A DNA stretch of 64,000 nt, taken from assembly GCA_965223265.1 (NCBI GenBank), contig OZ244999.1:6912001-6976000 (forward strand), in the 5' to 3' direction. The position numbers and the translations under genes are program-made. Below, piece after piece: positions 9,672 through 18,978 of the stretch; within the stretch, counting starts at the first letter, position 1, and every line of letters starts with the position of its first letter. The notes beneath the pieces are model-generated. The model was not told the origin of the DNA, made no database searches, and saw nothing but the letters and a program-made list of their open reading frames with translations. The DNA comes from Planctomycetota bacterium (lineage in GTDB: Bacteria; Planctomycetota; UBA8108; SXIK01).

Positions 9672-12600
9672 TGCTTTTCGATGGGATCGACACTCACCTC
9701 AGCGTCGCGATCGCGCGCACACTCCTGCACTCGCTCTGGCAAGGAGTCCTGATCGCGCTCCTGGCCGCCGCCACGAGTCTTCTCCTCCGGCGTCACGCCG
9801 CGCACGCGCGCTGTGTCGTCGCCGCGGCATCGCTCGCGGCTATGCCGATAGTTGCCACCGTGACGTTTTGCGCCGTCTACGGAAACGCGTCGACGGAGGT
9901 TAGGCGTGGCGTCGGATCGAGGTCCGACGACTCCACATCTCTTTCAGCCGCAGGACCATCCGTGCCGGGAGCGACAGAGGCGGCGAGTGCCGCAAGCTCC
10001 AGCGAACGCGGCGTGCGCACCGATGTAACCTCCGGCACGACGTCAACGCCCACGTCAACGGCCGCAGCAACGACGCCGGCGCTGTTTCCTTCAAATGAAC
10101 TCGCACGTATGACAACTGCAATCTACGGCATCGGCGCGCTGGCGATGCTGCTACGCCTCGCTCTGGCGCTGGCGAGCGGTCATGGAGTCAAGCGCTGCGG
10201 CGCGCCGGTCGTCGATTCCAGCCTGATCACGGCGCTGCGCGAAGAGGCGAGACGTCTCGGTCTGAAGTGCGCGCCCGCCGTGCGCTACTCCGAACGCGTC
10301 CTCGTCCCGGCAGTCATCGGTGTCGTGAAGCCAACTCTCGTGCTCCCGGCAGCCGTCGTCACGGGTCTCGCGCCGCAGCAACTCGCAGCGGTCCTCGCTC
10401 ACGAGCTCGCTCACATCCGCCGCCACGACGCTGTGGTGCAAATCGGCCAACGCGTCGTCGAGGCACTGTTTTTCTTTCATCCGGCCGTGTGGTATCTGAG
10501 CCGCCAGCTCAGTGTCGAACGCGAGAACGCCTGCGACGATGTCGTCGTTGGCGCCGGGCACGAGTCGTGTATTTATGCGGCCGCGCTCGTCCGTGTCGTC
10601 GAGCTCAGCCACGACGCAAACCCCGGTTCGCACGGCGCCGCAGCGATCGGCCCGGCAACGCTCGCGGCAGCCCACTCACGTGGACATCGCTTGCGCGCTC
10701 GCGTCCTTCGACTCATCCAGCGCGGCGAGCGCAGCGACCTTCGCCTGACGCGCTCGGGTGCCGCGTCTTTCTTTCTAGCTGTCGGCCTACTCGCCGCCAG
10801 CTGCGCCTACCTCGGTGTCGAAGGAGGTCGCAGCCTAGCGTCGAAGGAACCGGAAGCTACGGCTGTCTATCGCGGCGACAACGGTCGCAGCGGCGCCTAC
10901 GATGTCGCTCCGCTGCACGAGGTCGGGGGGGTGCGCTGGGCGTTTCGGACGCCAGCGGGGTTCACGTCGACGCCGGCGGTTGTCGGCGGCGTCGCGTACA
11001 CGGCAACCGCCGACGGATTCGTGCGCGCCTATGACATCGAGAGTGGCGAGAAAAAGTGGGAGCGGACCGTCGGCAACTCCGGACTGATCTCGACGCTCAC
11101 AGTGACAGGCGCGGCGGATGCTTTGCCTCGAGATCGTGCCGTCTGCTTTGGCGACCTCAAAGGGAAAGTCACCGCTCTCGATGCGGACGATGGTGAAGTT
11201 CTGTGGACGCACGACGCCGGCGGATCTGTCCCGGGTGCGTTGCCCGTGGCGGACGGAATTGTCTACATCGCCGGTTACGACGACGACGTACTCGCCCTCT
11301 CACTCGCCAGCGGTGAGGAGATTTGGCGTACCCGCACGGGTGGAATCTTCCTTGGCCCTCCGGCACTCGTCGGCGACACACTCTACCTCGTTGCCGACAA
11401 CCACTGCGTAGCGCTTGACGCGAGCACCGGCCGAGAGATTTGGCGCCGCCGAGTCGACGGCCCGAGCGGGCTGGTGGTTGCTGCCGGCGTTGTTTTGGTC
11501 GGGAACAGTCACGGAAGGAGAAAACTGCTAGCGCTCGACGCGACGAACGGTGAGCCTGTTTGGAGCTTCGAAACAGATCCCTTCACCGGCGATGGCTGGC
11601 TGATGGAACCCGGCCTTGAAGGCGCCTGGCCCGCCGTTGCGGACGGACGCGTCTTCTTCCCGACGTTCTACGGCGAGCTGTATGCCCTCGACGCGGTGTC
11701 AGGGGAAGAACTTTGGCGCTTCGCTGTCGATGGCCCTTGCAACGCGTCCCCCGCCGTTGCCGGCGATCTTGTCTACGTCTCCAATTTGAATGGAAGCGTC
11801 TCCGCACTCGACGTCGCATCCGGAGAGCTCATCTGGCGCTTCGCAGGCACACCTGGTTTTGTGACCTGTCCAATCCCAACAGCCAACGGTCTCTTGGTCG
11901 GCAGCAGCGACGGCTACCTCTACGAGTTCGCAGGCGACGCGGCGCCAGAAAGCGCGAAAGCTGAACCGAACGCACTCGCCCCGTCCGTCACGGCATGGCT
12001 CTACTGGCAAGAGGCTGCGAGCGCCATCGATCTCGACGGCCAGCACGTGGAAAAGCTTCCGGCGGGCGCACAAGTCGACCGCGAAAAACTGCGGCAGCGC
12101 GGCTTCGATCTCGTCTCCACCACGCGGAGCCTCGAAAGTCTCGGAGCCAAGCTCATCCTGAGCCCGCTTTCGCTCGCACCTCAAGACACCTCGGCGGCGG
12201 AATTGATCTCCTTCGTCGACGCGCGACGCGATGGCGAGTCTTCTGTCACGCGTGGTCGCGGTGGTTGGCCCGAAGTCTGCTTTCGCACGGCCGAGGGCGG
12301 TTACGGCTATTTCGCCGTCGTCTCATGGAGCAACGAAGGCGAAACTCCAACTGGGCTCCGAACCCAAGTCCTACGTCCGGCATTGTCGCTTGTGGAAAGT
12401 GGCGACGCCATCGAAGACGAGAGCGCTGGAGCTACGGCCCGGGGTGTGCCGTCCGGCCGCGATGATGCAGCGAACCCGGGTGATGCTGAACTCTTCCGCA
12501 TCTACGACGTCGGCGATCTCTTCGTCATGGCTGGTGATCCGGAGCTTCCTCTGCTCGGCGTTCCCGTCGACGAAGGCACGTCGGTTCGTGCGGCACCTCA

Positions 12601-13564
12601 GCGGAGCCGGAAGCAGGTCGAGTGGCGCACTGCACTTGGTCTCAAAGGACTCGCACAGCGCATCGCCGCCGAACTAGCCGCTAGCGGCATAACCGAGGAC
12701 GCGTTCGACCTGGAAACCAGAGGCGACCGCCAACACCATCTTCTCTTTCGAGGTAGCCTCGCACACCACGAGGCCATCGCGGCGGCACTGACGCGGCTGC
12801 GCGAGCAACGCAAGCAATCGTCGGTCATGATCGATGTCGCGCAGATCGTCGTTCGAGACGGGGAACCGACACTGCCAGCAGCCGTGTCGACGTGGCTCGA
12901 GAAGATCCGTGCATCCGATCACGCCGGCGTCGAACGACCACGACTCACTGACGACGATTTCAAACAGCTGCGCAAGGCAGCACTCAAAGACGCGCCGCTG
13001 CGCCCATGGTTCGCGCACATCGGCACTGGGACCGGAGAACCGAATTGGCTCAGCGGCACCACCGACGTCGCGTTCATCCGCGACCTCAAGGTGAGTGAGG
13101 TAGAAGGAGTCCGGAGTGCCACGCCGATCGTGGCCAAGTGCGCCACCGGTTACGCGGTAGGCGTGATCGCCGAGCGGAGCGCCGACAACACCGCCGCCCA
13201 GCTCGAGCTCCAGGCCAGTTACTGCAACCTCGCCCGCACGCCGATCGCGACGCTGCCGGCCAGCGAAATGGAACGCTTTCGCGGCGTCAAAGGAGCCGAG
13301 GCGTTCGAAATCGGCGTGCCGGAGTTCGCGCGCTTCGATCTCAACACATCGGTCGCCTGTCCGTTCGGCGACTGGGTGATCGCGGCGGCGTTCAACCACG
13401 GCTTCGAGTCAGAAGACCAAGAGCGAGAGCCTGAGGCGACAGACGATTCGCCATCGGCCGTCGACAGCGATGCAAAGACGTCGCGACTCGCTGTCACCGC
13501 ACTTCTGCTCGTTCGCACATCGCCGCTCAACGCTGAGGAGAAGCGAGCGCGCGACAACGAATAG
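9668..13564 (+). CDS. BlaR1-like M56 metallopeptidase sensor fused to PQQ-type beta-propeller repeats and a C-terminal secretin-like domain
   Basis: LLHSLWQG, HELAH zinc motif, FFFHPAVW, ERENACDD; repeated ALDAxxGExxW propeller blades; C-terminal RIYDVGDL...HEAIAAALTRLR...ERSADNTAAQLEL...LNTSVACPFG pattern. Confidence 0.85.
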   Translation: MMLFDGIDTHLSVAIARTLLHSLWQGVLIALLAAATSLLLRRHAAHARCVVAAASLAAMPIVATVTFCAVYGNASTEVRRGVGSRSDDSTSLSAAGPSVPGATEAASAASSSERGVRTDVTSGTTSTPTSTAAATTPALFPSNELARMTTAIYGIGALAMLLRLALALASGHGVKRCGAPVVDSSLITALREEARRLGLKCAPAVRYSERVLVPAVIGVVKPTLVLPAAVVTGLAPQQLAAVLAHELAHIRRHDAVVQIGQRVVEALFFFHPAVWYLSRQLSVERENACDDVVVGAGHESCIYAAALVRVVELSHDANPGSHGAAAIGPATLAAAHSRGHRLRARVLRLIQRGERSDLRLTRSGAASFFLAVGLLAASCAYLGVEGGRSLASKEPEATAVYRGDNGRSGAYDVAPLHEVGGVRWAFRTPAGFTSTPAVVGGVAYTATADGFVRAYDIESGEKKWERTVGNSGLISTLTVTGAADALPRDRAVCFGDLKGKVTALDADDGEVLWTHDAGGSVPGALPVADGIVYIAGYDDDVLALSLASGEEIWRTRTGGIFLGPPALVGDTLYLVADNHCVALDASTGREIWRRRVDGPSGLVVAAGVVLVGNSHGRRKLLALDATNGEPVWSFETDPFTGDGWLMEPGLEGAWPAVADGRVFFPTFYGELYALDAVSGEELWRFAVDGPCNASPAVAGDLVYVSNLNGSVSALDVASGELIWRFAGTPGFVTCPIPTANGLLVGSSDGYLYEFAGDAAPESAKAEPNALAPSVTAWLYWQEAASAIDLDGQHVEKLPAGAQVDREKLRQRGFDLVSTTRSLESLGAKLILSPLSLAPQDTSAAELISFVDARRDGESSVTRGRGGWPEVCFRTAEGGYGYFAVVSWSNEGETPTGLRTQVLRPALSLVESGDAIEDESAGATARGVPSGRDDAANPGDAELFRIYDVGDLFVMAGDPELPLLGVPVDEGTSVRAAPQRSRKQVEWRTALGLKGLAQRIAAELAASGITEDAFDLETRGDRQHHLLFRGSLAHHEAIAAALTRLREQRKQSSVMIDVAQIVVRDGEPTLPAAVSTWLEKIRASDHAGVERPRLTDDDFKQLRKAALKDAPLRPWFAHIGTGTGEPNWLSGTTDVAFIRDLKVSEVEGVRSATPIVAKCATGYAVGVIAERSADNTAAQLELQASYCNLARTPIATLPASEMERFRGVKGAEAFEIGVPEFARFDLNTSVACPFGDWVIAAAFNHGFESEDQEREPEATDDSPSAVDSDAKTSRLAVTALLLVRTSPLNAEEKRARDNE

Positions 13565-13723
13565 TTACGCGTGGGTTCGGAGAGCCGTTTTCCGAATCCA
13601 CAGTCACAAGAATCGTGCATCGAACAGCTCCTTTTTCTCTGCGCGGCTCTGCGGACTCTATAGTGGGATCTCTTTTCGGACACGCATCCACCGCAGCGCC
13701 GAAGCGACACCAAACCACACGCG

Positions 13724-14743
13724 TCAGGGCTCATCCGAGACCTGTAAGATGAGCTTGCCGCGGTTGCTCCCGTCGAAGAGTCGATTGAGCGCTTCCGGCG
13801 CGTTCTCCAGGCCCTTAACGACATCGACGCGGTAGCGCAGCTTACCGGCAGCGTGCCACGCGGCCAAATCGCGAAGAGCTTCGGCAGCACGATCGAGATA
13901 GTCAAACACGATGAAACCCTGAAGGCGGACGCGCTTCAGCAGCAGCTGCAGAAAGTTGTAGGGCCCGGGCACGCGCTCGGTGGCGTTGTACTGTGAAATC
14001 ATGCCGCAAAGTGCTATGCGCGCGCGGAGATTGACGAGCGCGAGAACGGCGTCGAGGATCTCGCCGCCGACGTTCTCGAAGTAGACATCGATGCCGTCGG
14101 GGCAGTGCTTCTTCAGGCTCTGGTAGACGTCTTCGGTCTTGTAGTTGATCGCGGCGTCGAAGCCGAGCTCGCGCGTGATCCAGTTGCACTTCTCGTCGTC
14201 GCCGGCGATGCCGACGACGCGGCAGCCTTTGATCTTGCCGATCTGTCCGACGAGGGAGCCCACGGCCCCCGCCGCACCGGAAACGACGAGCGTCTCGCCC
14301 TCCTTAGGTTGGCCGACGTCGAGCAGGCCAAAGTACGCAGTGAGGCCGATGTGACCAAAAACGCCAAAGTAGCCGGTGAGCGGTATGCCCTTGGGCAAGC
14401 GGACGATGTCGAACCCCTTGCCGTCAGTGACAACGAACTCCTGCCAGCCGATCGGGCCGTGAACGATCGAACCGACGGGCAAGGCTTTGTTCTCAGACAC
14501 TTCGATCACACCCAGTGACCCACCGCGCATCACCTCGCCAAGGCCCACGGGTGGCACGTAGGTCGCTCGATCGTTCATCCAGGCGCGATTGGCTGGATCG
14601 AGGGACACGTAGATGTTGCGGACCAGTGCTTCCCCGGCTTGTGGAGCTGGAACGCTCTCCTCGCGCCACTCGAAGTCGCTGGCGCGCGCCCTCCCTTCGG
14701 GGCGTTTGACGAGGCGCCATTGTCGGTTGACTCGTTGGGACAT
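13724..14743 (-). CDS. NADP-dependent oxidoreductase (prostaglandin reductase/CurA-like MDR family)
   Basis: YVSLDPANRAWM, GLTAYFGL, VVSGAAGAVGS, GIDVYFENVGG, CGMISQYN, GSNRGKL. Confidence 0.93.
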   Translation of the reverse strand: MSQRVNRQWRLVKRPEGRARASDFEWREESVPAPQAGEALVRNIYVSLDPANRAWMNDRATYVPPVGLGEVMRGGSLGVIEVSENKALPVGSIVHGPIGWQEFVVTDGKGFDIVRLPKGIPLTGYFGVFGHIGLTAYFGLLDVGQPKEGETLVVSGAAGAVGSLVGQIGKIKGCRVVGIAGDDEKCNWITRELGFDAAINYKTEDVYQSLKKHCPDGIDVYFENVGGEILDAVLALVNLRARIALCGMISQYNATERVPGPYNFLQLLLKRVRLQGFIVFDYLDRAAEALRDLAAWHAAGKLRYRVDVVKGLENAPEALNRLFDGSNRGKLILQVSDEP

Positions 14744-15369
14744 GCTTTCTCTCTTGGTGTTTGGTAGAGCTCAAGTGAGCACAAAGATAAACCCTATACG
14801 GCGCAGTCAAACTCATGTGCGCCATGCGGCAGCGCAGCTCAACGTTCACAGCCCGTTGAGAATCCGCTTCTCTTGGCCCTCATCAAATCGTGTTTTCCCG
14901 TGCCACTTTCGTGTCTCACGGGCCAACACCGCGTTCCCTTCAGGCGGGTAGGATACCACAGGCCATCGACTCAAGGTGAACCCCCTACTCAACGGTTCTC
15001 CCTTTCGATCAACTTCGTTTCGTTCAAATATTCAAACCGAGGCAAACAAAAGGCTGCACTCCTTCTCTTCTACCTACTTCGTTTCCTTCGTTCCCGTCTG
15101 TTCCAATTCCCTGCCGTCAGAAAGAGAATCATCCACCGGTCGCCACAACGGAACGCGCCTTTCAGAGAGGCTGTCGACACCATCGGCGCGGGCGCCATAG
15201 GCGGCACGCGCCGCGCTCCCGATGAGAAAGTCAGACTTTCGCTGCCCGAGGCCGCAAGGTGTTGATATGCTGGAGGAGTTCACGGCTTGGAGTTGAGTCA
15301 AGCTTTTCCGGCAGTTACAGCCGTAGCTAACGCTAGAGAGTCGGGTCGTTTGTGAAGGAGGTTCGTTCG

Positions 15370-17859
15370 ATGGGATGTCGGCAACACCATGGGTACGTAT
15401 CGGTCCTGCTGGTTTCGCTGTGCGCGGTGTTCGCGGTGGTTGGCTTCCGCGCCTCCGTCTACGCGCAAGAGGCGGCAGACGTGCGGTTCGATCCGCGCTC
15501 GCACTTCTCAGGCGAGTCGGTCCTCTTCGCCTCGATCCGCGATGTCGACCGCCTCAAGGAGCGGTTAGCGGCGACGCAGATCGGCAGCATCGTGAGCCAT
15601 CCAAGCGTACGCCAAGCGTTTGCAGGCGCCGTCGAGCGGCTGGTCGATCAGCTCAACCGCGAGTCAATCGTGTTCACGCAAGTGACCGGAAAGACACCAC
15701 TCGAGCTCCTCGGACTCCTGCGCGGCGGTGTGACGCTCACAGTCGGCGACCTGACGCCGCAGGGGCTCCCCAGAATTGCCATCGCCATCGAGCGCGGCTC
15801 CTCCGGCGAAGAGATCGACGCTATGCTGCAGCGTCTTCGCGGGTTCTACCAGCAGCAGATGGGAGTCGAGCTGCAGCAGCACGACCTCGGCGGCCTCAGC
15901 GCAACGGTATGGCCAACGCCGGCCGGTCCCATCATCGAGTCCAACGTGGGCACCCACCTCGTGATCACGAATGCTCCCGATGTCTTTCAGGGCATCGCGG
16001 CACGCGTCGCTGGTCAGCGTGACGATGGCTACGATGCCGGTTGGCTCCACCGGCGCCTGGCGCGGCGACTCAAGGTCGCAGATCCGGACGTTGCGTTCGA
16101 GCTCGACGTCGCTTGGCTCGTCGGCGTTTTGAAAGAGAAAACACCACCGGACATGTCGCGTTACGTCGACGCGCTCGGGCTGAGTGACGTCAGCGTCTTG
16201 GGCGCGGTCTGCTCATTCGACCGCGGCCGACCCAACGCCGCGGTCCACCTCGGCGTCGACGGCGGCGAAGCATCCGGTGCGATCGGAGCCGTTCTGCAGA
16301 ACCTGCGGTCTCCCGGGGAAGTCGATGCGGCCCTCGAGTTGATCCCTTCAGCAGCGACAGAAGTTTCGGCGTTTGGCGTCAACGTTGGCGGCCTGGTGGA
16401 GGATCTCTACGCAGCGCTCGAGGCGACGCCAGGCGGCGTGATGACGACGGCGTTCGATGCCTGGCTGCAGCAGGTCTGTGGCGAAGTGGATCGCGACACG
16501 CTCTCCGCGCTCGGTGCGCTCGAGGCGTATTCGTTTCGCATCGATCCGCCGGCGGGAGCGCTCTTTAGCGATGAGATCTGCCTCGCCCGCACGGAAAGTT
16601 TCGAGCCTTTCTGGCAGCTGATGGCGCAGTCGGCAGACGAGGCCGGAGTCCGCGAACAAGAATGGGAGGGCGCGACGCTCCAAACCATCGTGGGCGAGCC
16701 TGCTGTCGAATTCGGCGACATCATCGATCAACTGCGCGAGCAACCACCCGCCGCAATCGGGATGCTCGCCGCTTCAACAACGCCTGTCTACGCAAGGATC
16801 GATCTCGACAATGGCTGGAGCGCGGTCTCGACGCCGCAGGCGCTCATGCGCTACGTCACTTCCTATGGCAAGCAAGACCCGTTTAGCAGCGCCGAAAAGA
16901 AGTCAACTCTCGCCCGCCGCGTGACCGAGGGCTCAGTGGCGGGCGTCGTCGGCATGGAGGGCAACGGCGCTCCGGCGTTCTACAACGGACTGGTGCAAAC
17001 GCTCACTCCGCTCGCGGGACACCTCGCAGGCTTCGGCGTTGATGTTCCACTGCTGCCGCCGGGAGAAATCTTTGAACGGCCGGCAAGGCCTGGTTTTCTC
17101 ACCCTCCGAAAGACAAAGGACGGCCTAACTCTGCGCAGCGTCGGCGTGACCATTCGAAGCAACGAGACGGTGATCGCCAGCGCTCTCATCGGCGTGATCG
17201 CAGGAATCCTCATGCCGGCACTGAGCGGTGGCCGAGAGGAAGCCTACATCGTCTCTTGCTCGTCTAATCTCAAGAACCTCTACGTCTTTTCGATGTTGTA
17301 CGCAGACGATCACCCTTCCGGCGCTTTCCCTCACTCTACGAGTGATTCGATCGGTAGCTTTCAAGCTCTGGTGGACGACTACCCGGAGGACCTTCTTCCC
17401 CAAGTTTTCCACTGCCCGGCGAGCGACACGGTAGAGGTTGAAGTCGACATCGACGGCCGCTTCACACTCGATGAACACAGCTGCAGCTACGCTGCCGCCC
17501 CGTGGCGCCTCAAGGCGACGACCAGGAACGCAATCCTCTATTTCGATCGCAAGCCGCACCATCAAGGCAAACGCAACGTTGTTATGACAGATGGCTCGGT
17601 CCAAACGGTCTCCGAAGACGAATTCCAGGAGATGTACGCCCGAGACGAAGCGCGTTTCGGTGGCGACGACAGCAGCGACGCTGACGACGAGAGTGACGAC
17701 GACGAAGACCTCGGCGCATTTGACGATGGTGATGACCTGGACGACGAAGACCTGGACCTCGACGAGCTCGACGACGAGGAAGACGACGACCTGGGAGACC
17801 TCGACGACGAAGAGGAAGATTTTGACGAGGACGACGACGAAGAGCTCGAAGAGCGATAG
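15370..17859 (+). CDS. Secreted/membrane protein with internal pilin-like helix, DUF1559-like H-X9-DG domain and a long acidic tail
   Basis: GAAGGAGG RBS; signal peptide; IGVIAGILMPALSGGREEAYIVSCSSNLKNL; HQGKRNVVMTDGSV; C-terminal D/E-rich tract. Confidence 0.75.
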   Translation: MGCRQHHGYVSVLLVSLCAVFAVVGFRASVYAQEAADVRFDPRSHFSGESVLFASIRDVDRLKERLAATQIGSIVSHPSVRQAFAGAVERLVDQLNRESIVFTQVTGKTPLELLGLLRGGVTLTVGDLTPQGLPRIAIAIERGSSGEEIDAMLQRLRGFYQQQMGVELQQHDLGGLSATVWPTPAGPIIESNVGTHLVITNAPDVFQGIAARVAGQRDDGYDAGWLHRRLARRLKVADPDVAFELDVAWLVGVLKEKTPPDMSRYVDALGLSDVSVLGAVCSFDRGRPNAAVHLGVDGGEASGAIGAVLQNLRSPGEVDAALELIPSAATEVSAFGVNVGGLVEDLYAALEATPGGVMTTAFDAWLQQVCGEVDRDTLSALGALEAYSFRIDPPAGALFSDEICLARTESFEPFWQLMAQSADEAGVREQEWEGATLQTIVGEPAVEFGDIIDQLREQPPAAIGMLAASTTPVYARIDLDNGWSAVSTPQALMRYVTSYGKQDPFSSAEKKSTLARRVTEGSVAGVVGMEGNGAPAFYNGLVQTLTPLAGHLAGFGVDVPLLPPGEIFERPARPGFLTLRKTKDGLTLRSVGVTIRSNETVIASALIGVIAGILMPALSGGREEAYIVSCSSNLKNLYVFSMLYADDHPSGAFPHSTSDSIGSFQALVDDYPEDLLPQVFHCPASDTVEVEVDIDGRFTLDEHSCSYAAAPWRLKATTRNAILYFDRKPHHQGKRNVVMTDGSVQTVSEDEFQEMYARDEARFGGDDSSDADDESDDDEDLGAFDDGDDLDDEDLDLDELDDEEDDDLGDLDDEEEDFDEDDDEELEER

Positions 17860-18227
17860 GTTCGGTCCAGCGACGAAGGAAGCGACGTTGATCGATTGCC
17901 CAGCGCGATGATCGATACGACGATGGTCGCCGTCCGGGCGCGATAGATCCTCCAAACGCGGGCCTCGTGAGACCAAATCGGGCAAGATTGTCCGCGCAAC
18001 CGCGACAAGTGGCCACGTCATCTCCAGCAACTCGCTCACGGCCCAGTTGCCCACAGACGTTTCAATCGTCCCGCGCTTGAACGCGACCCCTCGTCACGCT
18101 ATCGTGCCGCACGGACGGCGCTGCGATCGTGCTCTGCAACCACGCGGGACTGGAAACGCACGATGCCGCACCACCAACTGCAGCGGCCCGCGACGAGCCG
18201 GTTCGCGAGCGGGTCAGAGGCGCCAGC

Positions 18228-18947
18228 ATGAAGGAAGTAGAGACACAAACGGTCTTCTCGACCCGTGGACTCACCAAGGTCTACGACATGGGCGAGGTGC
18301 AGGTGCACGCTCTGCGCGGCGTCGACCTCGATCTGTTCGCGGGCGAGCTGGTCGTTCTGCTCGGGCCCTCCGGAAGCGGCAAGTCGACGCTGCTCAACAT
18401 CCTTGGCGGCCTCGACACGGCGACGGCCGGGGAGGTCTTCTACCGCGACCAAGAGCTGACCCGGGCGCGCGAGCGCGAGCTCACGGACTACCGCCGCTAC
18501 CACGTCGGCTTCGTCTTTCAGTTCTACAACTTGATTCCTAGCCTGACGGCGCGCGAGAACGTCGCGGTCGTCACCGAAATCGCCTCCGACCCGATGCTCC
18601 CCGAGGAGGCGCTGGACATCGTCGACCTGAGCGATCGCCTCGACCACTTTCCGTCGCAGCTCTCAGGCGGCCAACAGCAGCGCGTCGCGATCGCCCGCGC
18701 CGTCGCCAAAAACCCCGCCGTCCTGCTGTGCGACGAACCGACCGGCGCTCTCGACTCCGCCACCGGCATCGTCGTCCTCGAGGCGCTCGTCCAGGCGAAC
18801 CGCCGCCTCGGCACGACGACCGTGATCATCACACACAACGCCGACATCGCCTCGATCGCTGACCGCGTCCTCAAGATGCGTGACGGCCGCATCGCAGAGG
18901 TGAGTCGGAACGCCGACAAAAAGAGCCCACAGGACCTCCACTGGTGA
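18228..18947 (+). CDS. ABC transporter ATP-binding protein (LolD/MacB-like)
   Basis: [47 protein letters not shown]. Confidence 0.94.
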   Translation: MKEVETQTVFSTRGLTKVYDMGEVQVHALRGVDLDLFAGELVVLLGPSGSGKSTLLNILGGLDTATAGEVFYRDQELTRARERELTDYRRYHVGFVFQFYNLIPSLTARENVAVVTEIASDPMLPEEALDIVDLSDRLDHFPSQLSGGQQQRVAIARAVAKNPAVLLCDEPTGALDSATGIVVLEALVQANRRLGTTTVIITHNADIASIADRVLKMRDGRIAEVSRNADKKSPQDLHW

Positions 18948-18978
18948 TCCACGAGCGCGCCGGGAGGGCGTCGTAGCG

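Noticed and set aside
9207-13564. Beta-lactam resistance (bla/mec) locus
   Set aside because: No beta-lactamase or PBP gene nearby and no penicillin-binding sensor domain; BlaI-M56 pairs are generic regulators in planctomycetes.
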